From: a virus
Reading direction: 5' to 3' (one strand)
IMG/VR virus record: IMGVR_UViG_3300021426_000095
Coordinates: 1 to 64,000 of that record
Length of the DNA stretch: 64,000 bases
Positions 25,437-33,319 of this stretch are shown piece after piece. Position numbers and translations under genes: made by a program. Below the pieces are notes generated by a model. That model worked only from the letters and a program-made list of their open reading frames with translations, ran no database searches and was not told the origin of the DNA. Each line of letters begins with the position of its first letter. Position 1 is the stretch's first letter.

Positions 25437-25611
25437 GTCACTTTCCTTTCTTTCGTGGGGAGTTTCTTTCTTTTTTCCTCTCCCCTCCTGACACTTAGTA
25501 TATTACACTACCCATACCCAAGAGTCAAGCATTAATTTCAGGATTCTTGCGGCTTCACAATTCCTTCACATTTGCGATGATCTTTTTGACTGGTGCGTGA
25601 TAAGGTAATTT

Positions 25612-25638
25612 CGCGTCATTTCCTCCGAAAATGACGCG
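25612..25638. repeat. flank-conserved palindrome, copy 3 (arms cgcgtcattt / aaatgacgcg, 6-nt centre)
   Basis: taATTTCG-cgtcattt-cctccg-aaaatgacgcg-gcc. Confidence 0.45.
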
Positions 25639-25700
25639 GCCATCAGAGTCAATTAAACTATTTTTAATTAAAAAATAAATGGGGCTATTGCCCCATTTAT

Positions 25701-26159
25701 TTACCACCTAGCATTAAGCCATTTACGAGTTTCTTTGTCATGAATTTTTACCGTTAGCTTTTTGTGATGTGAAATCCTCCAATCTTTGAACAGTGCAGGC
25801 TCTTCAATGGTATCAAAACCATTAGCTTTAATAATGACCTTTTTTACATCAACCCTCTCAAATAGTCCGACTTCATGAATAGCTACGACTTTGTACTTTT
25901 TGCCGTTAACCCTAATAAACTTTGGAACTACAATCGTTTTTGCGTGATGCTTAATTTTAGTCAGTGCGCAGATTTTACCAGTATACAGTGCATAATGATT
26001 GCCGTCTTTGTATTTTACAATTTGTGTAGCATTCGGTGGCAAATTAATATTTGCGGCGGTTAATTGTGATGCATGAGCCGTTGCGGGGAAAATAATCAAC
26101 GTGGCAAATAACATCAGGATGAACATCGAAATGAAATTACGATTATTAGAAGTGGTCAT
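25701..26159 (-). CDS. secreted or lipoprotein-like protein with signal peptide
   Basis: ATG 26159 after agaaaggga RBS; MTTSNNRNFISMFILMLFATLIIFPATAHA|SQ looks like a signal sequence. Confidence 0.5.
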   Translation of the reverse strand: MTTSNNRNFISMFILMLFATLIIFPATAHASQLTAANINLPPNATQIVKYKDGNHYALYTGKICALTKIKHHAKTIVVPKFIRVNGKKYKVVAIHEVGLFERVDVKKVIIKANGFDTIEEPALFKDWRISHHKKLTVKIHDKETRKWLNARW

Positions 26160-26295
26160 TTTGTTCCCTTTCTCTCTGTCCTTTTGACAAATACATAATA
26201 TCATATTCGTAGCTTAAATATTTCAGGATGTGACTTCCGCACATAATCTCCACATTTAGTTTTGATTTTTTCTCTTGGGTGTTACATAGTAATTT

Positions 26296-26321
26296 CGTTG
26301 GATTGCGCCCGCAATCCAACG
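26296..26321. repeat. flank-conserved palindrome, copy 4 (arms cgttggattgcg / cgcaatccaacg)
   Basis: aATTTCG-arm-cc-arm-CGCTGAAAgg. Confidence 0.55.
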
Positions 26322-26374
26322 CTGAAAGGAAAAGCCCCCGCCTTACGGCGAGGGCTAGAAGGGAAGGGGTCAGA

Positions 26375-26779
26375 CTAGACCAGCTCATAACCGACGTAGC
26401 GACCCTTGACCTTTTCTACACGGCGAGCCTTACCCGCGGCAATGAGAACTTCCATCACCTTTGTGCACTTCTGAGAGGTCATAATCCCGTTCACATGCTC
26501 CATAATTTCGGAGGTCAGCACGGGGCGGTCAGAGGGCATCCACTGGAGGACACGTGCGGCAAGCGCCTTGTTTTCCTTTGCGGCACGGCTCTCACCCTTC
26601 GGAGCCGTGGACTTCTTACCAAGCTGGGCGAGATGTGCCTTAGCCTTGTCCACGATTTCCGTGGGAGCATCCGTCTCTTCCAGCGCACGAATGGCAAATT
26701 CCATCATCAGCGCATTCGTAACCAGCGTCTCTTCGCCGTTGAGGGTGATGAAAACACGGGGAGCGTTCTTGGTAGCCAT
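26375..26779 (-). CDS. small winged-helix DNA-binding protein (paralog family)
   Basis: ATG 26779 after agaaagaagg RBS; the C-terminus is nearly identical to that of 23441..23806. Confidence 0.55.
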   Translation of the reverse strand: MATKNAPRVFITLNGEETLVTNALMMEFAIRALEETDAPTEIVDKAKAHLAQLGKKSTAPKGESRAAKENKALAARVLQWMPSDRPVLTSEIMEHVNGIMTSQKCTKVMEVLIAAGKARRVEKVKGRYVGYELV

Positions 26780-27032
26780 AGTGTACCTTCTTTCTGCCTT
26801 GCGGCGGTTCCTTGGGGAGTTCCTTTGCTCTCCCCTCCTGACACTTAGTATATTACTCCTGTCATCTCTCAGAGTCAAGCAAAATCTTTGAGAATTTTTC
26901 TCTCCATATTCTCTTCACAATTGCGGTTGTACCGGCAAACAGGCTTCTGACCTGGGGAAACGGGATCTTTCTGATAAGTTTAAATGTGAGCAATTTGGTT
27001 AATTTTTTCCCTGGTGTGTCTAAAGGGCAATT

Positions 27033-27057
27033 CGGTCGTTTGCGCCGCAAATGACCG
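27033..27057. repeat. flank-conserved palindrome, copy 5 (arms cggtcgtttgcg / cgcaaatgaccg, one G-T)
   Basis: caATTCG-arm-c-arm-CGCTGAAAgc. Confidence 0.5.
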
Positions 27058-27343
27058 CTGAAAGCAAATCGCCCCGCAGGCCTGACACGCAACGGGGCGA
27101 CAAGTATTTTCTTTAGAGGGCGCAGCAGGACGCATCCCCGCACCCTCACACTAGCGACTAGACCGCCGCGCTAGTGTTCTATTTTTTTAAAGTATCCCAA
27201 TAGTGTTTTGCAATATTTGGAGTTCTTTCTTCTTTTGGTAAATCTTTTTCCTCGGGAAGTGGAGAAAGTGCATACCAGATAAAGAGGGCGGGGAAGCCAA
27301 GTACCATAATGTAAGTAAAGATAGTTTGCAACATTTTAATCAC

Positions 27344-27616
27344 CTACCCACAGACCAAAATTGAAATTACCAGTCCAGCCGTGAGAGCAGTCAGACAAGC
27401 GTTTTTAATCTTGTCAGCTGCGGGACGCTCCAAGTAGAAATCACGACCAAGAGCAATCAGGTTTGCGACCAACCAAATGAGCTGTGCGACCAGTGCGAGG
27501 TCAAAGCGAACAAGCACCTGACCGATGATAGTCAAACCCAGACCCAAGAGCTGAAGATTCTCAACCAGCGTTACGTGCTTGCGACTTGCGAGTTTGTTAG
27601 CTTGCTTCTCAGTCAT
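27344..27616 (-). CDS. small membrane protein (2-3 TM)
   Basis: hydrophobic ORF with its own island-type promoter. Confidence 0.45.
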   Translation of the reverse strand: MTEKQANKLASRKHVTLVENLQLLGLGLTIIGQVLVRFDLALVAQLIWLVANLIALGRDFYLERPAADKIKNACLTALTAGLVISILVCG

Positions 27617-27938
27617 CTTAGTTCCTCTCTCTTTGATGATTTCATATTACCACCATTGCGAGATTGTGTCAAGAGATTTTTCAGACTTTTTTTATTGTTT
27701 AGTCTGAGGAAAGCTAAGGCGTGCATCTCTGACTGGTACCAAGGTCAGCCATCGCCACCCGACTGCGCCAAGTCCTAGTGTGCTCGGCTTGTGGTTGATT
27801 TACGCTTACCTCTCTTGACACTTAGTATATTACACTAATAAAGCGGTGTGGTCAAGTGTTAATTTCAGGATTTCTTTATCTTCACAGAATCTTCACAATC
27901 GCGGTTGATCTTTTCTGGCCCGGGTGTAATGGTAAAAT

Positions 27939-27963
27939 CGTGCGCTTGGCCCGCAAGCGCACG
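27939..27963. repeat. flank-conserved palindrome, copy 6 (arms cgtgcgcttg / caagcgcacg, centre gcccg)
   Basis: aaAATCG-arm-gcccg-arm-CCaaacaaaaac. Confidence 0.5.
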
Positions 27964-28013
27964 CCAAACAAAAACGCCCCGAAGGGCGTTTTAGAGAGAA
28001 AGGCCAATCTTGT

Positions 28014-28271
28014 TTAGTGCATGTCTGCCCATTCCTGAGCAGTGGTTTCAGTGGTGAACGGGCCAGCTACCGCGGTGTGATAAGTTTCCCAACCAAACAT
28101 TTCGTCATACACTTTTTCAACTTCTTCTACGAAGTAGGCCGCAGGCCAAACCTTCTTGCCGACTACCCTTGTCGGGTTTGCTGCTTCAACAGCTCCCAGA
28201 TGTTCTTTCATGTACCAATCACACTTGCAACCGAAGTCCCTAGCGTTTTTTTTGATTTCGTAGCGTTTCAT
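28014..28271 (-). CDS. hypothetical small protein
   Basis: ATG 28271 after gaaagagaaaggtaagaag. Confidence 0.45.
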   Translation of the reverse strand: MKRYEIKKNARDFGCKCDWYMKEHLGAVEAANPTRVVGKKVWPAAYFVEEVEKVYDEMFGWETYHTAVAGPFTTETTAQEWADMH

Positions 28272-28357
28272 CTTCTTACCTTTCTCTTTCTTTCTTACAA
28301 GGTAAGTGTACCATGAGGGGCTGACTTTGTCAACCCCTCTACGAAATCTCCACAAAA

Positions 28358-29041
28358 CTACTTCTTGCACTTAAGACGTTCTTTCCAGACGCGCTGACGG
28401 AAAACAGGCGAGCACATAGAAGTTTCAAGCTTTTGCTTGCGCTTAAACACCGCTTGCAAAATTTGTGCTTCAATTTCACAGTCTGATAGCGCGGTATGGT
28501 CTTCCTCAAACGTGGCGTTTTGCACAAGGTAGGAGTAGACGCTTTCAGCGCTGCAAGAAATATTACCCTTTTCAGTGATAAAACCTGAATCAATACACCA
28601 ACGGACATAATTGGAACTATCACAAATAATGTTAAGTGCCATGTTCCACAAGTCCCAAACCTCAGTATCTTCAGTGAAGAACTGCTCACCCATAAGGATT
28701 TTTGCATAATCATTAAGCACTTTTACATCAAATCCCGCATTGTAAGCGACCACAACAGCGTCAAACTTTTCAATGGTTTGAGTTGTGTACCAGTGAATAG
28801 TTTCAAAATCCATAATGGGCGCAGGCTCATTATCAAGATAAAAAGCAGCTTTGTGCTTAGAAAAAGAGTCACGCTTAATCAGATAGCGCAGCGTTTCATT
28901 TTGCATAATCTCAGCGACAAGACCGTTGAAGCGCTCTACGATTTGACCCTGACGGTCAACCAAAATCCAAGCTACGTCATAAGGCACGCGAGCATCTGCA
29001 ACCGTTTCAGTGTCAAGAACCATGTAATACTTCTTAGTCAT
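28358..29041 (-). CDS. DEDDh-family 3'-5' exonuclease, paralog B
   Basis: ATG 29041 after gaaaggaaa RBS; MVLDTETVAD, YNAGFDVKVL, HTALSDCE. Confidence 0.65.
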   Translation of the reverse strand: MTKKYYMVLDTETVADARVPYDVAWILVDRQGQIVERFNGLVAEIMQNETLRYLIKRDSFSKHKAAFYLDNEPAPIMDFETIHWYTTQTIEKFDAVVVAYNAGFDVKVLNDYAKILMGEQFFTEDTEVWDLWNMALNIICDSSNYVRWCIDSGFITEKGNISCSAESVYSYLVQNATFEEDHTALSDCEIEAQILQAVFKRKQKLETSMCSPVFRQRVWKERLKCKK

Positions 29042-29198
29042 TTCAGATTTCCTTTCTCTCTCTGACAAGATACATATTACACTAATGCGGTCATGCGGTC
29101 AACCACTTCACATAATCTCCACATTTCAGGATTGATCTGTCATAGTCCTGTACTAGTAATGCACGATTATTTTTCTCCAAGGCACATAAAGGCAAATT

Positions 29199-29223
29199 CG
29201 CCAGCGTGGGCCGCACGCTGGCG
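29199..29223. repeat. flank-conserved palindrome, copy 7 (arms cgccagcgtg / cacgctggcg)
   Basis: aaATTCG-arm-ggccg-arm-CTGAATG. Confidence 0.5.
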
Positions 29224-29256
29224 CTGAATGAGAAGGAGGGCTTTTGCCCTCCTGTT

Positions 29257-29457
29257 TTAAACTTCAATCTCTGCAAAGAGTTCATCAGTATCAGCATCCC
29301 AGATATCCGCATGACCTCCACCTAGCTCTTCAAGGCCACTTCGCACATCTTCGAGCATTTCTTTTTCAGCAGATGGCGTAGTGTAGGAAATCCAGTAATC
29401 GTGCCAGTGGTCGCATCCGTCTATTCCGTCAAATTCGATATTAAAACATCTAGCCAT
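29257..29457 (-). CDS. hypothetical small acidic protein
   Basis: ORF with RBS gaaaggaaagaaaatg. Confidence 0.45.
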   Translation of the reverse strand: MARCFNIEFDGIDGCDHWHDYWISYTTPSAEKEMLEDVRSGLEELGGGHADIWDADTDELFAEIEV

Positions 29458-29543
29458 TTTCTTTCCTTTCTCTTTACCTTACAGGTAAATTGTATCACAG
29501 AAAATAATAAAAGTGAAGACCCCTCACGGAGTCTTCACATTTT

Positions 29544-29735
29544 CTACACGTAATATTCTTTCCCAGAGGGCGCGACAATCTTAGCAACTTGTACACGGTT
29601 AACATAAACAAACTTTTTAGCTTCATCCATGACTTCAACAATACAAGTTGCTTTGTATTCCCGCACACAGGAGCGACCAATAAAATCTTCATACTTGAGT
29701 TGATAAACAACTTTCTTTGCGACTTTCTTTTTCAT
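29544..29735 (-). CDS. hypothetical small basic protein
   Basis: ORF with RBS agagaaaggagtaacc. Confidence 0.45.
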   Translation of the reverse strand: MKKKVAKKVVYQLKYEDFIGRSCVREYKATCIVEVMDEAKKFVYVNRVQVAKIVAPSGKEYYV

Positions 29736-29768
29736 GGTTACTCCTTTCTCTCTTGGACTACGTCCAGT

Positions 29769-30017
29769 TTACCAGAAGTCTACCACAATGTCAAGGTCAT
29801 TTTTGTCCTTCACATCTTCTCCACAATTGCGGAGTTGCGGCAGAAAATTTTCATCCAATGGCATGGTAATTTCTCCACCGACAAAATCTTCTGAATCGAG
29901 AACAATTTCTGCAGCATCAATACGGCGTTCAATTTCTTGGATTGCATCAGCCATACTATCAGCTTCAATAATAATGCGGCGTGCAAGAGTTTCTTTGTAA
30001 TCAAAAGTAAACTTCAT
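29769..30017 (-). CDS. hypothetical small acidic protein
   Basis: ORF; contains the CTTCACATCTTCTCCACAATTG motif within its coding sequence. Confidence 0.4.
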   Translation of the reverse strand: MKFTFDYKETLARRIIIEADSMADAIQEIERRIDAAEIVLDSEDFVGGEITMPLDENFLPQLRNCGEDVKDKNDLDIVVDFW

Positions 30018-30019
30018 AA

Positions 30020-30163
30020 TTAATTCTCCTGTTCATCTTCTGGTAACTCTTCATCTTCGTACCGATGAGTAAAGATATTTTCAATCTCTCCATTTTTTGT
30101 TTTTTGTTCAAAAAGGTCTTTCGATTTTTGGCTTTCTTCCTGAAGAAAATCAAACAGCGTCAT
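30020..30163 (-). CDS. hypothetical 47-aa acidic peptide
   Basis: ATG 30163 after gagaaaggattaatc; under 60 aa so not in the ORF track. Confidence 0.3.
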   Translation of the reverse strand: MTLFDFLQEESQKSKDLFEQKTKNGEIENIFTHRYEDEELPEDEQEN

Positions 30164-30180
30164 GATTAATCCTTTCTCTC

Positions 30181-30429
30181 TTACAAGAAGAGGATACCAT
30201 AAACACTAAACCAAGTCAAGATAAAAACAGCGATTGCGGCACATCCACACAAAAAAGCCACAATTCGCGCAGGCCAACTCAAAGCGTCATACATGTAGCA
30301 ATGTTCAACCCCTGTGCATGTTTCTACATCGCCAAGATAGGTAAACAGGTAAGCATCAGCCCATGCCCAAACAAAATAACACCCAACAGAGATGGTAATT
30401 GCCGCGCAAATAATAATAATTCCGTTCAT
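30181..30429 (-). CDS. small membrane protein
   Basis: ATG 30429 after aagagaaaggagagaaa; 3 hydrophobic segments. Confidence 0.45.
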   Translation of the reverse strand: MNGIIIICAAITISVGCYFVWAWADAYLFTYLGDVETCTGVEHCYMYDALSWPARIVAFLCGCAAIAVFILTWFSVYGILFL

Positions 30430-30545
30430 TTTCTCTCCTTTCTCTTTTGGATACATAGTATCACACTTAGTTTTAGGATGCAATACTCTTCACAGAATTA
30501 TCACATTCGAGCTAATTTTTTATCTACCTGCAATAGACGTAATTT

Positions 30546-30570
30546 CGCTCGCTTGCGCCGCAAGCGAGCG
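30546..30570. repeat. flank-conserved palindrome, copy 8 (arms cgctcgcttgcg / cgcaagcgagcg)
   Basis: aATTTCG-arm-c-arm-CTGGCAAG. Confidence 0.55.
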
Positions 30571-30595
30571 CTGGCAAGTTCCAGCGCTCTTTTTA

Positions 30596-30709
30596 CTACC
30601 TCTTGGAAATTTCTTCTTGCCAAGCTGCGATTTTGTCTTCATTTAGAAAGAGGGCTATCGCTGCGATGATTGTGAAAATGACGGCGATAATCAAATCAGA
30701 AATCAGCAT
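30596..30709 (-). CDS. 37-aa single-TM peptide
   Basis: ATG 30709 after ggagaaataaa; MLISDLIIAVIFTIIAAIALFL. Confidence 0.35.
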   Translation of the reverse strand: MLISDLIIAVIFTIIAAIALFLNEDKIAAWQEEISKR

Positions 30710-30719
30710 TTTATTTCTC

Positions 30720-30932
30720 CTAAGCTTTGAATTTATTTCCCCAGCCATCAGACAGATACAGCGGCTTGATAGTGTCTTCGCAATTCTCCATAAAGGCGAC
30801 AGCTTTGTCAACTGCTTCTGCAACGCCCAGGCATTTACCGAGGTCAGCTTGACGGGCAATCCACTCGTTTTTGTAGCTGTAGTAAGTCGCATAGTGGAGC
30901 TTGTAGTTGCCAATCCATTCCCGCTTTGCCAT
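30720..30932 (-). CDS. hypothetical small protein
   Basis: ATG 30932 after agagagaaaggaactcag. Confidence 0.45.
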   Translation of the reverse strand: MAKREWIGNYKLHYATYYSYKNEWIARQADLGKCLGVAEAVDKAVAFMENCEDTIKPLYLSDGWGNKFKA

Positions 30933-31074
30933 CTGAGTTCCTTTCTCTCTTTCTGACAAATAAATTGTACCATAAATAATTTTGACCGTCAAGAAAAGTT
31001 TCAGGATTACTTCTCTTCATAATTATTCCACAAGTGCGGAAGATCTTTTTCTCTGGTGCGCTTAAATGTAAAAT

Positions 31075-31099
31075 CGTCCGCTGTGGCCGACAGCGGACG
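31075..31099. repeat. flank-conserved palindrome, copy 9 (arms cgtccgctgt / acagcggacg, centre ggccg)
   Basis: aaAATCG-arm-ggccg-arm-CGGAGCC. Confidence 0.5.
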
Positions 31100-31134
31100 C
31101 GGAGCCTTTTTGACTCCGCGCCCCAAGAGAGAGA

Positions 31135-31341
31135 CTAAAACAGTCTTTCAAGGTCTGCCCAGCTGTAACCAATCGCGGGAGAGAGAATCAAGCGGCCAAT
31201 TCCAATTTGCCATTTAAACTGTTCTTCCGCTTCTTTCTTTGCGGCCAGCAGTTCTTCTTTGGTGTCAAAGAAATCAACATGCTGTTCGTACAAATCAAAA
31301 GTATCTTCGTCTACCCAGTCCCAAACAAGCATGAACTCCAT
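31135..31341 (-). CDS. hypothetical small acidic protein
   Basis: ORF with RBS agagaaaggaaaaatc. Confidence 0.45.
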   Translation of the reverse strand: MEFMLVWDWVDEDTFDLYEQHVDFFDTKEELLAAKKEAEEQFKWQIGIGRLILSPAIGYSWADLERLF

Positions 31342-31383
31342 GATTTTTCCTTTCTCTTAACTGACAAAGTCATTGTACCACAG

Positions 31384-31833
31384 TTAGGCAACACGGTCAA
31401 GCAGATTTTGAAGTTGCTTCATAATATCTTCACAAGCATTAATGGTTTCACCATGCCACGCCGCACGCACTTTTGCATTATCATCTACTAGAATAGAGTC
31501 TTTAATCTTTGCGGTTTGGTGCTTAGGTGTACCATACTTGACACAGTGGAATTCAGTCACGCAGGGAAGATTTTTAGCAATCCAATCTTTCTTAACTCTG
31601 CGAGTAGCTTTGTTAAATTCTTTGCTACCATGCATAGCAGACCACGTAACTACACCGATAACAAATCCAAGGGCTACAAACTCTTCAAGTAGAGCGTTCA
31701 AGTTACCCATGTCATACATAGCTTCGCCGCACGAATAGGCAGTTACGTCCTCAGAATTAAGGCGAGACTCCCAATCAGTTACAGAGTACAGGTCATAAAT
31801 TGTGCCGTCCATGTCAAAATAGATAGCTTGCAT
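31384..31833 (-). CDS. HAD-superfamily 5'(3')-deoxyribonucleotidase-like hydrolase
   Basis: motif I IYFDMDGTI (DxDGT); later ILVDDN. Confidence 0.6.
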   Translation of the reverse strand: MQAIYFDMDGTIYDLYSVTDWESRLNSEDVTAYSCGEAMYDMGNLNALLEEFVALGFVIGVVTWSAMHGSKEFNKATRRVKKDWIAKNLPCVTEFHCVKYGTPKHQTAKIKDSILVDDNAKVRAAWHGETINACEDIMKQLQNLLDRVA

Positions 31834-31962
31834 GTTTCTTCCTCTCTCTTGGTTGATTACATAATAGCATAATACACTATTGGTAGTTACAGGATTGTCT
31901 TACTTCACATAATCTCCACAAGTCCGGCGATCTTTTTACCCTAGTGCGTAAGGTGCTAATTT

Positions 31963-31988
31963 CGTTCGCGCAGGACCGTGCGCGAACG
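31963..31988. repeat. flank-conserved palindrome, copy 10 (arms cgttcgcgca / tgcgcgaacg)
   Basis: taATTTCG-arm-ggaccg-arm-CACGACC. Confidence 0.5.
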
Positions 31989-31998
31989 CACGACCTGT

Positions 31999-32196
31999 TT
32001 AGAAGCCAACTCGCCTAATTACGCGATAGCTACGCTTAGTAGGCCCGAAGATTTCTTCTACTACATCGCCATCCTGCCAGTCGGAGTCAAAGCCCCAGAA
32101 CTCCAAGGCTTCGGCCTCAGTGTTAAACCATGCGTACAGAAACCCGCCTGCGCGAGTGTGTCCGTCTACGTGGAAAATACTCTCAATGGTGGCCAT
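31999..32196 (-). CDS. hypothetical small protein
   Basis: ATG 32196 after agagagggg. Confidence 0.4.
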   Translation of the reverse strand: MATIESIFHVDGHTRAGGFLYAWFNTEAEALEFWGFDSDWQDGDVVEEIFGPTKRSYRVIRRVGF

Positions 32197-32346
32197 GTCA
32201 GCCCCTCTCTCTTCTCTCTTAACCTTACAAATACATAATACCATAGAGTGAGATATTTGTCAACTAATAGTTACAGGATAGAACTATCTTCACATAATCT
32301 ACATAATGCTGCCGGGTTTTTCTTGTAGTGCGTGTAAGCGATAATT

Positions 32347-32371
32347 CGCTCGCTGTGGCCCACAGCGAGCG
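32347..32371. repeat. flank-conserved palindrome, copy 11 (arms cgctcgctgtgg / ccacagcgagcg)
   Basis: taATTCG-arm-c-arm-GCCAGTCC. Confidence 0.55.
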
Positions 32372-32419
32372 GCCAGTCCCTTAAGCCAGCCACTCTGCTA
32401 GATTGCCTACAAGATTAGA

Positions 32420-32617
32420 CTAAGACTTTTTGACTTTTTTCTTCTTTCTCCTAATTGGTCTGATAATAAACCAGCCAATAATAATCCAGATAGGACCTAA
32501 GACAAACCAAGGAATGCACCATATTATTTCTTCTTTTGAACAGTTGTCTAAAATCATCATAATGCTAAAGCACACAGCACACAGATAGAGCCAGCTTAAA
32601 ATAATTGTTGTAGTCAT
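32420..32617 (-). CDS. small membrane protein with poly-Lys tail
   Basis: 2 TM + RRKKKKVKKS; promoter TTGACA-N17-TATTAT on the minus strand at about 32640-32700. Confidence 0.45.
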   Translation of the reverse strand: MTTTIILSWLYLCAVCFSIMMILDNCSKEEIIWCIPWFVLGPIWIIIGWFIIRPIRRKKKKVKKS

Positions 32618-32771
32618 TGTATCTCCTTTCTTCTAACAATTGCATAATACTGTATTTATTGTTTAGTGTCAACCTTTTCATAATATCTACATAAGTTTCA
32701 GGATATTAGAAACCATATTTAAATATGTATTTGAAAATTATTTTTGTTTCTAGTGTGCGTGAGAGATAATT

Positions 32772-32796
32772 CGCTCGTGTTGGCCCAACACGAGCG
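32772..32796. repeat. flank-conserved palindrome, copy 12 (arms cgctcgtgttgg / ccaacacgagcg)
   Basis: taATTCG-arm-c-arm-AGCGAGC; followed by the GC-rich low-complexity block 32797-32950. Confidence 0.5.
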
Positions 32797-33238
32797 AGCG
32801 AGCTCTACGAGAGAGCGTGTGCGTGCGCGTGAGAGAGTGTACGCACAAGACCGCACAAAGCTTGCGCTAAGCTTACACAAAGCCTGCGAAGACGTGCCAG
32901 CGAGCTAGACAGCCCGGCCGCATGAACTGTCCTCTTTTGGAGTGATGGGAAGGTGTGGACATTGTTGCCATTATTTTATCGGTCGAGCATAGAAGACTGT
33001 TGTGTTATTGCAATGATAAATAAAACTCCTACCAGGGGGTGTAATTTCAGGATTTTTTAATATTGATTTGTGAAATGTCTTTTGCCTCGCAATCCAAAGA
33101 ACGTACTTTAAATTTAAAAGAACGTAAATCAAAATTTCCTATATTAAAATTTTTTAATATATCAAATTTCGAGAAATCTATCCTCCTAAAAATTATATTA
33201 TATAGCTTAAAATTTTGTGTTTCTATCTAAAAAAGTCA

Positions 33239-33268
33239 TAGACAGTGTTGTTCTGTCAATGGTATAAT
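33239..33268 (+). promoter_or_regulatory. promoter TAGACA-N18-TATAAT for the late/morphogenesis block
   Basis: catagaca 33237-33244, tggtataat 33260-33268. Confidence 0.5.
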
Positions 33269-33319
33269 AAGAATAGAAATAAAAAGATTTAAGCTAAGCT
33301 TAAATCGGAAAGGAAGCAA

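Noticed and set aside
21088-26891. Long overlapping ORFs on the opposite strand inside GC-rich genes (21088..21522-, 21212..21676-, 23520..23747+, 24580..24840+, 25132..25338+, 26279..26848+, 26568..26891+)
   Set aside because: A GC-rich coding sequence generates stop-free antisense frames; the chosen strand in each case has the conserved promoter/leader/RBS and recognisable domains.
23340-32796. Flank-conserved palindromes as intrinsic terminators or as integron attC sites
   Set aside because: They have no U-tract on either strand; the real terminators (GC hairpin + T-run) are separate and adjacent. The conserved flanks do not match the attC R-box consensus and the arms are perfect without extrahelical bases, so I kept them as an undescribed family instead.
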